Assembly: GCA_965198225.1 (NCBI GenBank) | Contig: CBDAOY010000005.1 | Span: 736,001 to 800,000 of the forward strand | Origin: Terriglobia bacterium | Lineage (GTDB): Bacteria > Acidobacteriota > Terriglobia > 20CM-2-55-15 | DNA: 64,000 nt | Reading direction: 5' to 3' | Part shown: positions 63,717-64,000 of the stretch, one piece after another | Position numbering within the stretch: the stretch's first letter is position 1 | Layout: each line of letters opens with the position of its first letter | The notes under the pieces: model-generated | What the model was told of the DNA's origin: nothing | Databases searched by the model: none | The model's input: only the letters and a program-made list of their open reading frames with translations | Made by a program: the position numbers and the translations under genes

Positions 63717-64000
63717 CAGTCTTCTGTGCGCAGGTATTTGTAGAGGGTTTGCCGGCTGATGCCGAACTCGCGGGCCAGCCGGGTCTTTCCCTCTCCGACC
63801 GGGACCCGTTGGCGGAGCTGGGCCGCCTGCGCCGGCGCGAGCGTTTTCTTGCGGCCCCGGTAGGCCCCGCGCTGCTTGGCTAGGGCGATGCCTTCGCGCT
63901 GCCGTTCCCGGAGCAAGGCCCGCTCGAACTCGGCGAAGGCCCCCATGACCGACAGCATGAGGTCCTCCATCGGGGAGTCCTCGCCGGTGAAGGTCAGGTT
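63717..64000 (-). CDS. tnpR: TnpR resolvase, 3' part (5' part beyond window)
   Basis: MGAFAEFERALLRERQREGI...LAREFGISRQTLYKYL. Confidence 0.85.

Larger units (their letters stand above)
61998..64000. repeat. Right arm of the inverted duplication (continues past the window)
   Basis: Reverse complement of 35562-37573. Confidence 0.93.

Overview
GC-rich bacterial accessory region. The TonB-dependent receptors, NHL/ankyrin/TPR repeat proteins and IS repertoire suggest Acidobacteriota, possibly host-associated (inference only). After four ordinary genes (LLM oxidoreductase, ggt, cytochrome c-Vgb, AAA-DUF4143) the window is dominated by nested mobile DNA. There are two copies of a group II intron (A1, A2). 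A1 carries two different IS110/IS1111 elements whose 3' non-coding ends contain bridge-RNA-like loops with guides matching their insertion sites in conserved intron RNA domains. A2 sits in a Tn3-family terminal repeat and hosts a second intron, which itself hosts an ORF-less third intron. A third IS1111 remnant keeps the same RNA scaffold with different guides. Also present: a PRTase+DprA (ShosTA-like) pair, an 18-repeat NHL protein, hicBA, IS21 nested in IS256, a signal-peptide katG, three RepA replicon modules (two forming a ~2 kb inverted duplication, one with parA/parG and iterons), a decayed vsr-AlbA_2-DUF3883 locus, a multiheme cytochrome-TPR gene, an intact TonB-dependent receptor and a VirD4/VirB11/thermonuclease/adhesin conjugative remnant. 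No rRNA, tRNA or CRISPR array was seen. All family calls come from motif recognition by eye; no searches were run.
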